DNA of 64,000 nucleotides. It comes from Mobula hypostoma. Its lineage: Eukaryota. The stretch's first letter is position 1; every line of letters starts with the position of its first letter. Shown here piece after piece: positions 24,203 to 37,130 of this stretch. A program made the position numbers and the translations under genes. Location of the stretch: positions 29,142,001 to 29,206,000 of the forward strand of contig NC_086108.1 of NCBI RefSeq assembly GCF_963921235.1, in the 5' to 3' direction. The notes below the pieces were generated by a model. The model ran no database searches and was not told the origin of the DNA. It saw only the letters and a program-made list of their open reading frames with translations.

Positions 24203-24628
24203 AACACAGACAGGGGGAGAAAAAAAAACAGGCATCATCCTCTATGAGAGGTGGGGGAGGAGGGAGAGAGACACTGAAACTGACTAGTCACAGGTGATTG
24301 GTTTTCCTGTTTCAAAGAACCGTTATACTAATTTCATTGTGCTAAATTGGAACCTAGATCTAGTGAAAAAATCCAGTTTCAGTTCCCACTGGTGAGGCAG
24401 TTGTGTTTTCTAACAACCAGCTAACAGTTTTATGATCTGTTATTGACATCAGCTTTTCACTCTAGTTAATTAAATTCTACTTCTCAGGAATCCATGCTGG
24501 CATTTGAACTCATGCTCATTTATTAACCTAGGCTTCTGAATTTCTCATCTACTCATATAATCACTGTACAAATTAGGAACCTGCAAAGGTCATTTTGATG
24601 TGCTATGCTCTCTGCCCATTGATACCAG

Positions 24629-24682
24629 ACCTGGGATGATAAAGAATGCTGCCTAAGACCTGGGATGCTGAGAAAAAAACAG
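24629..24682 (+). CDS. Candidate coding exon (TWDDKECCLRPGMLRKKQ)
   Basis: CAG acceptor and strong donor CAG|GTAAGA; 54 nt, phase 0-0. Confidence 0.3.
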
Positions 24683-24984
24683 GTAAGAGTTGAATTTAAT
24701 GAAAAAATCTGTGGGCAAAATACAAACTGAAAGACCTCGTGGTCTGTTTGGTTTATCATCACATGCAGTTCACCATGCATTTGGACTTTCTCGAGAACCT
24801 TATCATTCAGTTAACATCCCCCAGAGCCTAAACTGGCCCTTCATTCTTCTAAAAGACCTAGGGTTACCTCTTAAAGGGTGCAAATGACTTAAATGCAGAG
24901 TAAAATTACTCAGCCAAGTAAGTCTGTTTAAAAAGTAAAGCAAATCAGAAATTTAAGCTGTTGGAAATATGAAATACAGTAAAT

Positions 24985-25695
24985 GCCCCCACCTTTATAT
25001 TCAGGCATCGTCCCCCCTCTTTCTCAGTCCCGAAGAAGGGTCTTGCCCAAATCTTTGACTGTTTTCTCTTTGCCATAGGTGCTGCCTGACCTGCTGAGTT
25101 CCTCCAGCATTTTATAGACAATAGGTGCAGGAGTAGGCCATTTGGCCCTTCGAGCCAGCACCGCCATTCACTGTGATCATGGCTGATCACCCACAATTGG
25201 TATCCAGTTCCTGCCTTATCCCCATAACCTTTGATTCCGCTATCTTTAAGAGCTCTATCCATCTTTTTCTTGAAAGCATCCAGAGACTTGACCTCCACAG
25301 CCTTCTGGGGCAGAGCATTCCATATATCCACCACTCTCGGGTGAAAAAGTTTTTCCTCAACTCCGTTCTAAATGGCCTACCCCTTATTCTTAAACTGTGG
25401 CCTTTGGTTCTGGACTCACCCATCAGCAGGAACATGCTTCCTGCCTCCAGCGTGTCCAATCCCTTAATAATCTTATATGTTTCAATAAGATCCCCTCTCA
25501 GCCTTCTAAATTCCAGTGTATACAAGCCCAGTAGCTCCAATCTTTCGACATATGACAGTCCCACCATCCCGGGAATTAACCTTGTGCACCTACGTTGCAC
25601 TCCCTCAATAGCAAGAATGTCCTTCCTCAAATTTGGAGACCAAAACTGCACACAGTACTCCAGGTGTGGTCTCAACAGGGCCCTGTGTGTTGCTT
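24985..25695. mobile_element. Old PLE 3' end interrupted by a minus-strand CR1 3' fragment (25114-25685)
   Basis: CCTGCTGAGTTCCTCCAGCATTTT resumes as TGTGTTGCT after the CR1. The CR1 ORF reads RPHLEYCVQFWSPNLRKD...RRLRGDLIETYKI. Confidence 0.85.
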
Positions 25696-25780
25696 TGGAT
25701 ACTACCATTTTCAGTAATGAAATCCCTCTTCTACATTATCCCAGCCATCTAACTGAGCGTGTCATCTACTGCCTTGCAAG

Positions 25781-25882
25781 GTTCCATGGAATAATTCGGT
25801 AGCTCTCTCAGATCTCCAACTTCGGTTAAACGATGAAGTGCTGCAAGCAGAAGTTTTGGGAGATAAACTGGAATATTTTTGA
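25781..25882 (+). CDS. Candidate terminal coding exon (VPWNNSVALSDLQLRLNDEVLQAEVLGDKLEYF*)
   Basis: CTAAC branch-point motif at 25749, AG at 25779-25780, open in phase 0 to TGA, AATAAA at 26030-26035. Confidence 0.35.
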   Translation, partial: VPWNNSVALSDLQLRLNDEVLQAEVLGDKLEYF

Positions 25883-26579
25883 AAATATAGCTGAAAACAC
25901 ATTCTGTATCTGGCAGAAAAAAACTTACACTGAGCTTTATCTCCAACAATGATGCATGAGCTTGATTTGCTATCGACTATATTCACCTTATAGCCAGCAC
26001 TTGACTTTGAAATGTACACTGGTTTGGTTAATAAAAACTGAAATGGTGATTTTTATCACTGTAAATCCATTATGAATATTAAGCTTTAGAAGGTTTTCAT
26101 CTTCCACATTTCCATACATTTACCACCTTTTACTGAATTATTCAAAGTTATATGCTGGGAGAAGGGCTGAAGGACTGACATTTCCACAGCTTTGATCACG
26201 AAGATCTCCTGAAGCACTTTATTACCATGAAATACTGCAGGCAAGTCATTGCTTGGCAAGCTGCTGTAAGAAACAATGATAAACACTGGCCAAGGCACAA
26301 GGGAGAATATGCCTGCTCTTCTTGGAAATGGTGCAAAAGATGTGAGGCCCAGTGATAACATTTAACCTGATTTCAGCTGCTAGTTAAGCGGATACATTAA
26401 CTTGTGCAGTATGAAAATAAAGACACAGAAGGAGCCATGCTGTTGTTCCATTTTGATAGATGAGGCCATAAGATACAGGATCAAAATTAGGCCGTTTGGC
26501 CCATCGAGTCTGCTCCACCATTTCATCAAAAGAGTGCATTCTCTTTAGGCAGCTAAGGACACAGTCCTGCAAGAAGTGG

Positions 26580-27030
26580 ACAGCACAGTGATGCAGCTAG
26601 TAGAGCCACTGCCTCACAGTACCAGAGACCCGGTTTTAATCTTGACGTTGGCTGCTGTCCGTGTGGGCTTTGCATGTTCTCCCTGTAACTATGTGTGTTT
26701 TCTCATGGTGCTCTTGTTTCCTCCCATCTCCTAAAGATGTGCTGATTGGTGGACTAATTGGCCACTGTAAATTGCTCTGATTATGTCGCCAAGTAGTAAT
26801 AACAGTGGAGAGATGTCAAGAATAAAGGGAGAATTTAAATAAGGGGAGTAACATAGAATTAGTGTAAATGCAGGGGTTCCCAACCATTTTTATGCCATGG
26901 ACCAATACCGTTAAGCAAGGGGTTCATGGACCCTAGGTTGGGAAACCTTGTGTAAATGAGTGTTTGACGGTCGGTACTGACCGGATGAGCTGAAAGGCTT
27001 CTTTCTGTGCCATATCTTTTCATGACTATA
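26580..27030 (+). mobile_element. V-SINE (HE1-like) containing a hAT MITE
   Basis: tRNA-like head GCAGCACAGTGATGCAGCTAGTAGAGCC..GCCTCACAG, V-domain and CR1-like tail. Confidence 0.75.
26871..26950. mobile_element. 80-bp hAT (Charlie/Buster-type) MITE
   Basis: Terminal inverted repeats CAGGGGTTCCCAACC/GGTTGGGAAACCTTG. Exact 8-bp TSD TGTAAATG at 26863-26870 and 26951-26958. Confidence 0.9.
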
Positions 27031-27329
27031 ACTCCAAGTGGTCATCAGGATGCTTAGCAGCGGCATGTTTGCAGATTGACACTAAAAACAGAAGACGATA
27101 ACAACAAATACCCTCAAAGATTCTATTAGTTTAGGGGCAGTCTAGTACAAAAAAAGACTTGGATCACATGATACATTTCATGCCTTCACTCCATTTTTTA
27201 TATTGTGAACACTCTTGAAATGAGGCAGTCAATTTGTGCACAGTCATTGAAGACACTGTAGGCAAGCCAACCTTTCTTAGTGGTGCTAGGGTGACCACTT
27301 AACTCTTGAAATACTTACTTACTTTATAT

Positions 27330-28618
27330 GATTAGTAATCATCAGCATGGCTTTGTCAAAGGCAGGCCGTGCCTTACTAGCCTGAGTGAATTTTTTAAGG
27401 ATGTGACGAAACACGATGATGAAGATAGAGCCGTAGATGTAGTGTATATGGATTTCAGCAAGGCATTTGATAAGGTACCCTATGCAAGGCTTATTGAGAA
27501 AGTAAGGAGGCATGGGATCCAAGGGGACATTGCTTTGTCGATCCGGAACTGGCTTGCCCACAGAAGGAGATGAGTGGTTGTAGCCGGGTCATACTCTGCA
27601 TGGAGGTCGGTGACCAGTGGTGTGCCTTAGGGATCTGTTCAGGGACCCTTACTCTTCATAATTTTTATAAATGACCTGGATGAGGAAGTGGAGGGATGGG
27701 TTAGTAAATTTGCTGATGACACAAAGGTTGAGGGTGTTGTGGATAGTGTGGAGGGCTGTCAGAGGTTACAGTGAGACATTGATAGGATGAAAAACTGGGC
27801 TGAGAAGTGGCAGATGGAGTTCAACCCAAATAAGTATCAGGTGGTTCATTTTGGTAGGTCAAATATGATGGCAGAATATAGTATTAATGGTAAGACTCTT
27901 GGAAGTGTGGAGGATCAGAGGGATCTTGGGGTTCAAGTCCATAGGACACACAAAGCTGCTATGCAGGTTGACTCTGTGGTTAAGAAGGCATACAGTGCAT
28001 TGGCCTTCATCAACCGTGGGATTGAGTTTAAGAGCCAAGAGGTGGTGTTGCAGCTATATAGGACCCTGATCAGACTCCACTTGGAGTACTGTGCTCAGTT
28101 CTGGTCGCCTCACTACAGGAAGGATGTCGAAACCATAGAAAGAGTGCAGAGGAGATTTACAAGGATGTTGCCTGGATTGGGGAGCATGCCTTATGAGAAT
28201 AGGTTGAGTGAACTCGCCTTTTTCTCCTTGGAGCGACGGAAGATGAGAGGTGACCTGATAGAGGTGTACAAGATAATGAGGGGCAATGATTGTGTGGATA
28301 GTCAGAGGATTTTTCCCAGGGCTGAAATGACTAGCACAAGAGGGTATAGCTTTAAGGTGCTTGGAAGTAGGTAAAAAGAGGAGATGTCAGGCGTAAGTTT
28401 TTTACACAGAGAGTGATGAGTGTGTGGAATAGGCTGCCGGCAACGGTGGTGGAGATGGAAACGATAGTGTCATTTAAGAGACTCCCGGATAGGTACATGG
28501 AGCTTAGAAAAATAGAGGGCTATGGGTAAGCCTAAGTACTTCTAAGGTGAGGATATGTTCAGCACAGTTTTGTGGGCCAAAGGGCCTGTATTGTGCTGTA
28601 GATTTTCTATGTTTCTAC
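27330..28618 (+). mobile_element. 5'-truncated CR1 LINE (RT pseudogene)
   Basis: Reads QHGFVKGRPCLT, VYMDFSKAFDKV, KFADDTK and LEYCAQFWSPHYRKD. Tail TTCTATGTTTCTA. Confidence 0.92.
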
Positions 28619-31600
28619 TGAAATAGGATTTTTGCAGGCAAATCCCTGAAATAGCTGCCCATCAAAAAGACTGACACTTGCCGTGACATCTGACTGTGCA
28701 CGTAAAAGTACATCTATTTTGAAAGAAGGGGCATCCTTGCTGGTATTGTGAGCTGTGCAGTTATGACTGACCACCTGTATCTCTGCAGTACATGGATCAG
28801 CACTGCTATGAATCAAGGAAAGATGAAATCAGCTAAAGATTCAACTGAGTGACAAGCTGTTGTATCTGAGCTGCTGGAAAAGAAATACACATCAGCTCCT
28901 TAGAGTGCAGCTCTCATGACCTCCTGAAAACAGCTGGATGGTGTCACCCTTTCAGAGTGACTGGAAACAGTGTGTGTTGTAAAAGCTGCAATTACTTCGA
29001 CTGTGACCAGCAAGTAATTAGCTATTGGTGAGGATGACTCAAGGAACCCATTCAGCTCATAACAGATGTCGGAGCATGGGTTTCTGGTAAGCAAGAAAAA
29101 AACAGACTCTTTACCAGGCATAAACTGTGCATAAATCTTCTACAAGAGTTATTCTCCCTTCTGTGACTTGCTGTGTTTTCTGTCCCATAAAAACAAAGAA
29201 TGGGATGTTTTCATATCTTCGTGACAACTCATAGCTTTGCAATAATTCTAACTTTGGTAAGATTGAACAGGATATACAGTGTGTTATATACAAATCTTCA
29301 ACCACTTTATTGATGACCAGATCAGTTTCTTGTTAGTCGCCTAAACAATACTGTCAACCAATGTTTGACTGGAAAACACAGAACTGTGATAGTCACTTAT
29401 TACAGTGACCATAAATAGTTAAAAAGATCAGAGAAATTTATCCTTCCAGTAAATACTGCAACAAGATTCCTGAAAGTGGTGATAACCAATTGCCAATGAC
29501 ATCACAAGGTGATCTATTGACGCACCGAAAACTCAAATACCTAAAAGTTAACATTGGACAATTGGTGGGTCAGTTTCAGCTTTTCAACAGATACTATTGG
29601 AATCATAATCCCACCTATCCCTCATTCCTTCTTGCCCATGCATTCCATTCCATCTTCAGATTTCCTTCTTCCCTTCTCTCCCCACAGTTCTCTATGCCCA
29701 GAGTTTGCTCTCCTCACCCACAAATGAGATCATAATTTCTGTTGCAACACACAAGAGCAGATCAATCAGTACGATCCTAACCCTTACACCAGCTGGTCAC
29801 TCCAATGTGGCCCTTCTCAGAGTCGTCAGATTCCCCATCTTCTCCCAGCCAAACAGTAAGGTTGAGTGAAGCGCAAGCGACTGGCTGCATTCACAGAATG
29901 TCTTTGACTGCCATCAGGTCCCCTCTCCCAGACTCTCCCATTCCTCATGTCCGTAAAGTAACAATACAAGCCTGTTAATGAATAAAGTACACTGTTAAAT
30001 AAAGCTTAAAAATAATTTAGTCCACTAAAGTGCAATAAAAATATGATTTAAATAGCTCAAATTGATAATTTTAAGTAATCACTTGCATTTCTGCCATCAG
30101 ACTATTTCTTGCATCCACTTAAAGGGAATCTGCTTAAGAAGTGAGAAGCTTGCTGGAGATCTCCTGTCCCTGTTGGTCCCAGTGACAGGTGGTAGCTGAA
30201 ACAGGATGACAGACTGCACCAACCCCAGCGCTGAGAACCAGGAGTTGTGCAGAGATAGCCTGCTGTTGGCACTGCTATCAGGACAGAAGGCATAACCCTA
30301 TGCTGGTGGGAAAACACATACACACAACTGCTGAGAATATATCCTTTGTGGGTCCAATGGCAAATGATGATCCTGTAATCAGTTCAATGAGATTTGACCT
30401 CAGCTGTAGTGGTGTTATTATAGATGACACCAGGATACAATGGTTAGTGCTGCTGCCACACAGCTCTAGAACTTTCCTCCTACATGTGCTCACTGTGTGT
30501 GTAGGGTTTAATATGTTCTTCTGGAGTCTGGATGCTCAGATTTTCTCCCAAGTGTCAAAGACCTGCTGGTTGTTAGGTTTGTTAGTCACAGTAACTTGTA
30601 ACTTCTATGGGTATGTGGGTGTCAGGAGTGTTACAGGTATCAGCCCTGAACAATAATGATCAGTTTGCAGAGAGAAAATCTGTATTAACTGACAAATATC
30701 TCCCTTGGTTCTATTAACAACTAGCACTTGAATTTACAGAACTAAGTACCCTTGCGCACACCCACTCTGTTTCTCTGACCCTCCTTGAGGAGCAAAAGAA
30801 TAGAAAAGGTAATACCCGGGAAAAGGAGTCTATGCCAGCCAAGTATTCCTCTTGGTCCCGATGTAATCTCCACATTTCTGACACGGGAGTCACCTACTTA
30901 TGCGATAGTTGGTCTCCAGGGTTGTCGATGCTTGTACTCGCAAAACCTTCAATTCTTATCCATTTCCTTATCAGATCAATCTGTAATGATTCCATTTTGC
31001 TGACTCAGCCTTACCTAACTGATCTATGTCAACTCTGCATTGGATTTGGCCCAAGGCTACAAAGCAGTATTACTTGATGGTTCTTAGCCCAGACTTGTGC
31101 TTCAGGTTAGTCAGATGAGAAAGGTGTCTCCTTTCTACTTTCCAACTTAGACCATTTCAAACCAATTTAGTCAGGTCATCCAAACACTTCAGGCTTCTAT
31201 AACTCTGCCATTTTTACATAACCAAATAAGCAGCATCTTATTTGGAAAAGGCCTCAATTTCAGGAGATCATCAGCTGTAGTCTCATTGTGTTCACATTCA
31301 ATTGCTCTGATTGAGCCATTCATGAGCAAGAACCAGTTTACATAAAAGTGGTTGCAAGAACAATCTCACAAAATGGCAGACTCTATTCCTTCGACCATAC
31401 AGTAAGAACGAAGGCAACACACACAAAATGCTGGAGGAACTCAGCAGGTCAATTGGCATCTATGGAAATAAATAAACAATTGATGTTTTGCTCTGAGACC
31501 CTTCTTCAGGACTGCCATTTACTCTGTGCACTTCCACTGTTCTTGTCTCATTCCTATTTGCTGGTTTTCAGATTTTAGTTTTTTTTTCTGGACAATGAGA

Positions 31601-32589
31601 GAACTGGTGGGAAGGCAGTTGATGAGGATGTGAGAGCAAGACTGCACTCGGATTTATTACTGATAGGTATTTGATGGTCATCACAGACTGAGTGAGATGA
31701 AGGGCCTGATTCCTAGCTTCATGACTCTATAATCTATACGAGTCGCTGCAACAGGAGTGAAAGTAAACTGCTATAGGACTGTGTGACCAGCAAGTGTATT
31801 CCCTCGAACAGTTCAGCACCTATGCAGATTTGCATTGCAGTGTTAGCTCCGGAATAGCCCTTGAACCCAGAAACTGCAAAATTAACAATGGAACTACAAG
31901 CTAAGGCTGGCTCATTGGATCAATAAAAGAAGCAAAAGAAAACAGAAGCAGGGCTAGACCACTCAGCGCTTTAAGCTTATCCTGCCATTCAATATGACCA
32001 GGGCTGGTCTACACCATACCTTGAGTCATTGTCTTGGCCAGTTCCCCATTACCCTCTACATTTTGATCTTTCAATAATTGATCTACACCTTCGATAAATA
32101 CCTCCAGCGATCTAACCTCTTCAACTCAATCTAGAGATCTACCACCCATTGTGGTAGTAACGCTACTACCATAAGTAATTACAAAGTACATTACTAACTA
32201 CAGGATATAGCAGAGTAAAGTCAAACCAGAATATTTGCCCATACACCTGTGAATAATTTTTTAATCATTGCTACCTCACTGTTCATATCATAGCTTGCTG
32301 TGACAATATAGACAACGTTGTCCCTGTCTTGACAACATTGGCCCTGCCTTGGCCTTTGAGTTCACTTTGTGACGGCACTGATTGGCAACGGTGAAATCCT
32401 ATTGCCAGGACTACTTATGGGGGAGTCGGCGGGGGGGGGGGGGGTCTGAAAATGAGGCCACTTTATGGGGAGACAGAAAAGAAAGCAAAGTGAAGAAGCA
32501 CTGCACTGGGTAACCAGGCATTGGAAGTGGGAAGGTAGGGTGTTGGAGTATTGGTGCTTAGGCTGGAGGTATATATATATACACACACA

Positions 32590-34116
32590 CAGTAGCATGC
32601 AAAGGTTTGGGTACCCCTGGTCAAAATTTCTGTTGCTGTAAATAGTTAAGTGAGTAGAAGATGAACTGATCTCCAAAAGTCATAAGGTTAAAGATGAAGC
32701 ATTCTTTTCAATGTTTTAAGCAAGATTCGTGTATTATTTTTGTTTTGTAAAATTTTAGAGTGGAAAAAAAGGAAAAGAGCAGCATGCAAAAGTTTGGGCA
32801 TCCCAAGAGATTTGAGCTCACAGATAACTTTTACCAAGGTCTCAGACCTTATTAGCTTGTTAGGGCTATGGCTTGTTCACAGTCATCGTTAGGAAAGGCC
32901 AAGTGATGCAAATTTCAAAGCTTTATAAATACTCTGACTCTTCAAACCTTGTCCCAACAATCAGCAGCCATTGGCTCCTCTAAGCAGCTGCCTAGCACTC
33001 TGAAAATTAAAATGAATGATGCCCACAAAGCAGGAGAAGGCTATAAGAGCGTTTTCAAGCTATAAAGTAAAAGGTTTTCAGGTAGCCGTTTCCTCAGTTC
33101 ATAATGTAATTAAGAAATGGCAGTTAACAGGAACGGTGGAGGTCAAGTTGAGGTCTGGAAGACCAAGAAAACTTTCCGAGACAACTACTCGTAGAATGAC
33201 TGCAAAAGACCTTCAGGAAGATTTAGCAGACTCTGGAGTGGTGGTGCACTGTCCTCACCACAAAATTCAGCGTCAGAAGTTTGCAAAGGACTATCTAAAC
33301 AAGCCTGATGCATTTTGGAAATAAGTCCTGTGGTCTGATGAAGTTAAAATAAAACTTTCTGGCCGCAATGAGCAAAGATATGTTTGGAGAAAAAAAGGTG
33401 CAGAATTTCATGAAAAGAACCCCTCTCCAACTGTTAAGCGTGGGGGTGGATCGATCATGCTTTGGGCTTGTGTTTCAGCCAGTGGCATGGGGAACATTTC
33501 ACTGGCAGAGGGAAGAATGAATTCAATTAAATGCCAGCAAATTTTGGAAGCAAACATCACACCGTCTGTAAAAAAGCTGAAGATGAAAAGAGGATGGCTT
33601 CTACAACAGGATAATGATCCAAAACACACCTCAAAATCCACGATGGACTACCTCAAGAGGTGCAAGCTGAAGGTTTTGCCATGGCCCTCACAGTCCCCCG
33701 ACCTAAATGTCCTTGAAAATCTGTGGATAGACCTCAAAAGAGCAGTGCATGCAAGACGGCCCAAGAATCTCACAGAACTAGAAGCCTTTTGCAAAAAAGA
33801 ATGGGTGAAAATCCCCCAAACCAGAATTGAAAGACTCTTAGCTGACTACAGAAAGTGTTTACAAGCTGTGATACTTGCCAAGGGGGTGTTACTAAGTACT
33901 GACCATGCAGGGTGTCCAAACCTTTGCTTCTGGCCCTTTTCCTTTTTTGTTACTTTGAAACTGTAAAAGATGGAAAGAAAAATGTAATCTTGCTTGAAAT
34001 ATTAAAGAAATGTGTCATCTTTATGCCTTTTGGAAATCGGGTAATCTTTTACTTGCTTAGCTATTCACAGTAACAGAAATTTTGACCAGGGATGCTCAAA
34101 ATTTTACATGCCACTG
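32590..34116 (+). mobile_element. Tc1-like transposon (DD34E, IR/DR-type ends) in a (TA)n/(CA)n microsatellite
   Basis: Ends CAGTAGCATGCAAAGGTTTGGG.../...ATTTTACATGCCACTG-TA, with an inner repeat at about 32780. Peptides SGRPRKLS, WSDE, LQQDNDPKH and SPDLNVLENLW, with internal deletions and stops. Confidence 0.93.
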
Positions 34117-35039
34117 TATATATATATATATATAAATGTATGAATATATAAATATATGGAAATTATTTTTATATATAGACATGTAAGTGTGTGTGTGTGT
34201 GTGTGTGTGTATGCATGCAAATCATATATACCTGGTTGAAGAATACAGTTTTTGGTCTGCAGGAAGTCAAGGGTCGTGGGAGAAAGCGAGACAATAGAGC
34301 TGAGGCCAAGATCAGATCAGCAAAGATCTTACTGAATAGCAGATCTAGCAGGAGAGGTTGAATGGCCCATTTCTGTTCCTGTTTCTTAAGACCTAATATT
34401 TGCTTTCCCAATGGAACTCAAGTGGTAGAAGCTCTCTCAAAAGGAAACAACTTCATAACCTGATCCAATGGTTTTAGAACGCAGAATAAAGATACTTTGT
34501 AAGAATCCTTGGATTCAACCCTTTGTATTACCTCTTAATTTCACTTTCATGACTCCTATTGAAAAATTCATTACAAATGTAGAAACTGTTGCTCCAAAGT
34601 GATTTCATTGACATTGTCACAAGTTTTGCTCGTAAAGGCATGCAACTTCTATAAAATAAGTCTGTTTCAGTCATTCATTCCATTTAGAGCAGAATTTTCA
34701 TAACTTCTTCAAGAAGGAAGACATTCCCTGCCCTTGTTATAAATGCTGCATCTCAAGGCGTATAGAAGTATAAATTTTGGTGGAATCAGATGGTAGCCGC
34801 AAAATATTGTGGTTCTCTAAAGGGGGAAAATTGGTGGGAATATCCATACCTGAGAGGGAACAATAGCTTCCTTAGCACTGTCAGACCAGATGGCATATGC
34901 ACTGTTCTCTTTACTATATGGAATGTACAACAGAATAACAGGACAGTTGGCATATAGATTCATGCCAGTGTTTAAACTCCTCATGAACTTCCTCCTGTTC
35001 CACTTATTCCCATCCTGTCTTTCTATTCTCACCTAGAGA

Positions 35040-35480
35040 GCTGTGCATGCAGTACAGCACATCACGTAAACCGGCCTCCCCAATGGGTTCTGCCTATCCT
35101 TCTTTCTGCTTCAGTAAAGCACCCAGTGTAATCAAAGACCCCACCAAACACAGGTCCTCTTTTCTCTGCCTCCACACACCCCCCCCATCGAATAGAAGAC
35201 ACAAAAACCTGAACGCATGTACCCACCAGGCTTAAGGACAGCTGTTATAAAATTACTGAATGGTTTGCTAGTATGATAAGCGATTCTCTTGATTGCACAA
35301 TCAACTTCATTAATGTTATCTGCACTGCACATTCTCTGTTGCTGCTACAATTTATTCTGTATTCTGCTATTGTTTTACGTTGTACTACCTCAATGCACTG
35401 TTGAAATGAAATGATCTGTACAAAGGGTAAGCTTTTCACTGTAAGTTGGTACATGTGATGTTAATAAACCAATTCCAGTT
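35040..35480 (+). mobile_element. Rex1/Babar-like 3' end, degenerate
   Basis: ATAATCAAAGACCCCA.. / AGGCTTAAGGACAGC-type 3' segment and an AATAAACCAATT end. Confidence 0.5.
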
Positions 35481-36834
35481 CATTCTTCCTTCAATGTAGC
35501 TACGAAATTCACCTCAGTTAGTCCATTTGCTATTGACACAATAGCCAAACAAAATTCACTGGTCTGTCCTTGACTGCCATGGAACAATTAGCCATTTCAG
35601 GGTCAACTGCCTTGGGAGGTTTGGAAATCAGAAAGCTGCAGATGCTAGAAAGCTGAAGCCAAGGAAGAAAATGCCAGAAACATTCAGCAAATCAGGCTGC
35701 ATCTGTAGAAAGAGAAACAGCATTATTTTTTCAAGTTGATGACTCTTTCCAACATATTCGGTTTTTAATTAGTGGATCTGAAGCCACATAAAAGCTAGAA
35801 GGAGTAGGAAAGGCCAACGTCCTTCAGCGAAGGGCATCAGCGAACCAGATTGATTCTTGCAATGTACTTATCATTGCTCATGATTTTTTAAAAGATCTTA
35901 TTATTTTTCAGATTTTATTTCATTTTTTGAAGCAGTTATTTTAGACTCAGTGGTATTAATTGAATTTAGTTTCTACAATAGCTGAGATGGGATTTGAACT
36001 CAATACCCTGGATTACCAGACCATTAATTTAATCACTATGCCACTTCTGCACCTGTATTTCTTGCCACTTATATGGTATATGTGGGAATAAAAGAAATTA
36101 AAAACAGAAAGTGCAGAAACACTTAGATCAGCTAGCAAGAGTGGGAACAGAATTAGAGTTAATTCTTCAGGTACATGAAAGGTTGTTTCAGATTTCCAGT
36201 ATCTTTAATTTTAGGCTTTCTGGACACATTAAGGATCCTGGTGCATTGCCAACTCATGATGAGTAGGCACATATGGAACAGCAGAGAGAAGTTAAACAGG
36301 TAGCAGTTATTGTAATGAAAACTTCAGAAGGCAGAGAATAAAACCCAGAATTATTGATCATCAGATAATGGAACTTGGCAAGCTTTGCATGGAGAATCAA
36401 TGAAAAGCAGCTCAGACATTGTAGCATTATACACCTCTCATTCTCCTTGTTTGTAGGCAAGTGTATTTAATCCACAAAAAGTTTGGCATCCCTCCTACTT
36501 CAGGTGTGAGCTCCCCTCCCCCCCACAGACCATATCACCTTATTGCTGACTTTATTTGCGATGGAAGTCACTCATGACTGGTGATAGCGATGTGAACTAT
36601 TGGAGTTGGCCAGGCTGCCATCTGTAGTTGAATGCAGTCCTGGAGGTTTCATCACAGAGCCTGCAGCTTCCAGCCACCTTCAATATTTTTAAGAGACATT
36701 GTGTCCCATTCCCAATATAAAAAAACTGACGCAACTATTCAAAACAAAATATTAATGCGATTTTCCTTTTTTGTGTTGCAGGCAACAATGTTCAAGGGAT
36801 TAATGGAAATTGCAATGCTCCCAATCTGATGCAA

Positions 36835-37130
36835 CGCATTCGTTTTCACAATGTGGTCTCCACTACAATGGAGAAGACAAACTCAGGATGGGTGATTGCA
36901 CTGGAGATCACCTATGCCTCGTACCAAGGATAAACCTGAGCTTCCTGTTGCATGCCACTTGAACTCAACAGCTCGTTCCCTTTCCTTCCTTTTTGCCTGC
37001 AGCCTCCTCTACTTCCACAGTGAAGCCAAACTTAAACCAGGAAAACAACTCCTTATCTGCTGTCTAGGTATTTTGCAACACTCTGAAATGAACACTGAAT
37101 TTGCCAGTTTCCAGTAAACTGCTCTCTCAT
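36835..37130 (+). mobile_element. Old PLE GIY-YIG fragment
   Basis: ORF 36896..37117 reads PELPVACHLNS..SLLYFHSEAKLK..LLICCLGILQHSEMNTEFASFQ, which parallels the younger PLE peptide. Confidence 0.65.

Noticed and set aside
23746..24287. ORFs rich in RE/SL repeats
   Set aside because: They are translations of the (GA)n minisatellite.
25749..26275. Minus-strand two-exon chain (SLPSNDLPAV...KG / DTECVFSYIF...)
   Set aside because: Phase-compatible, but the second exon has no good donor and the chain conflicts with the + strand candidate. Not excluded, only less supported.
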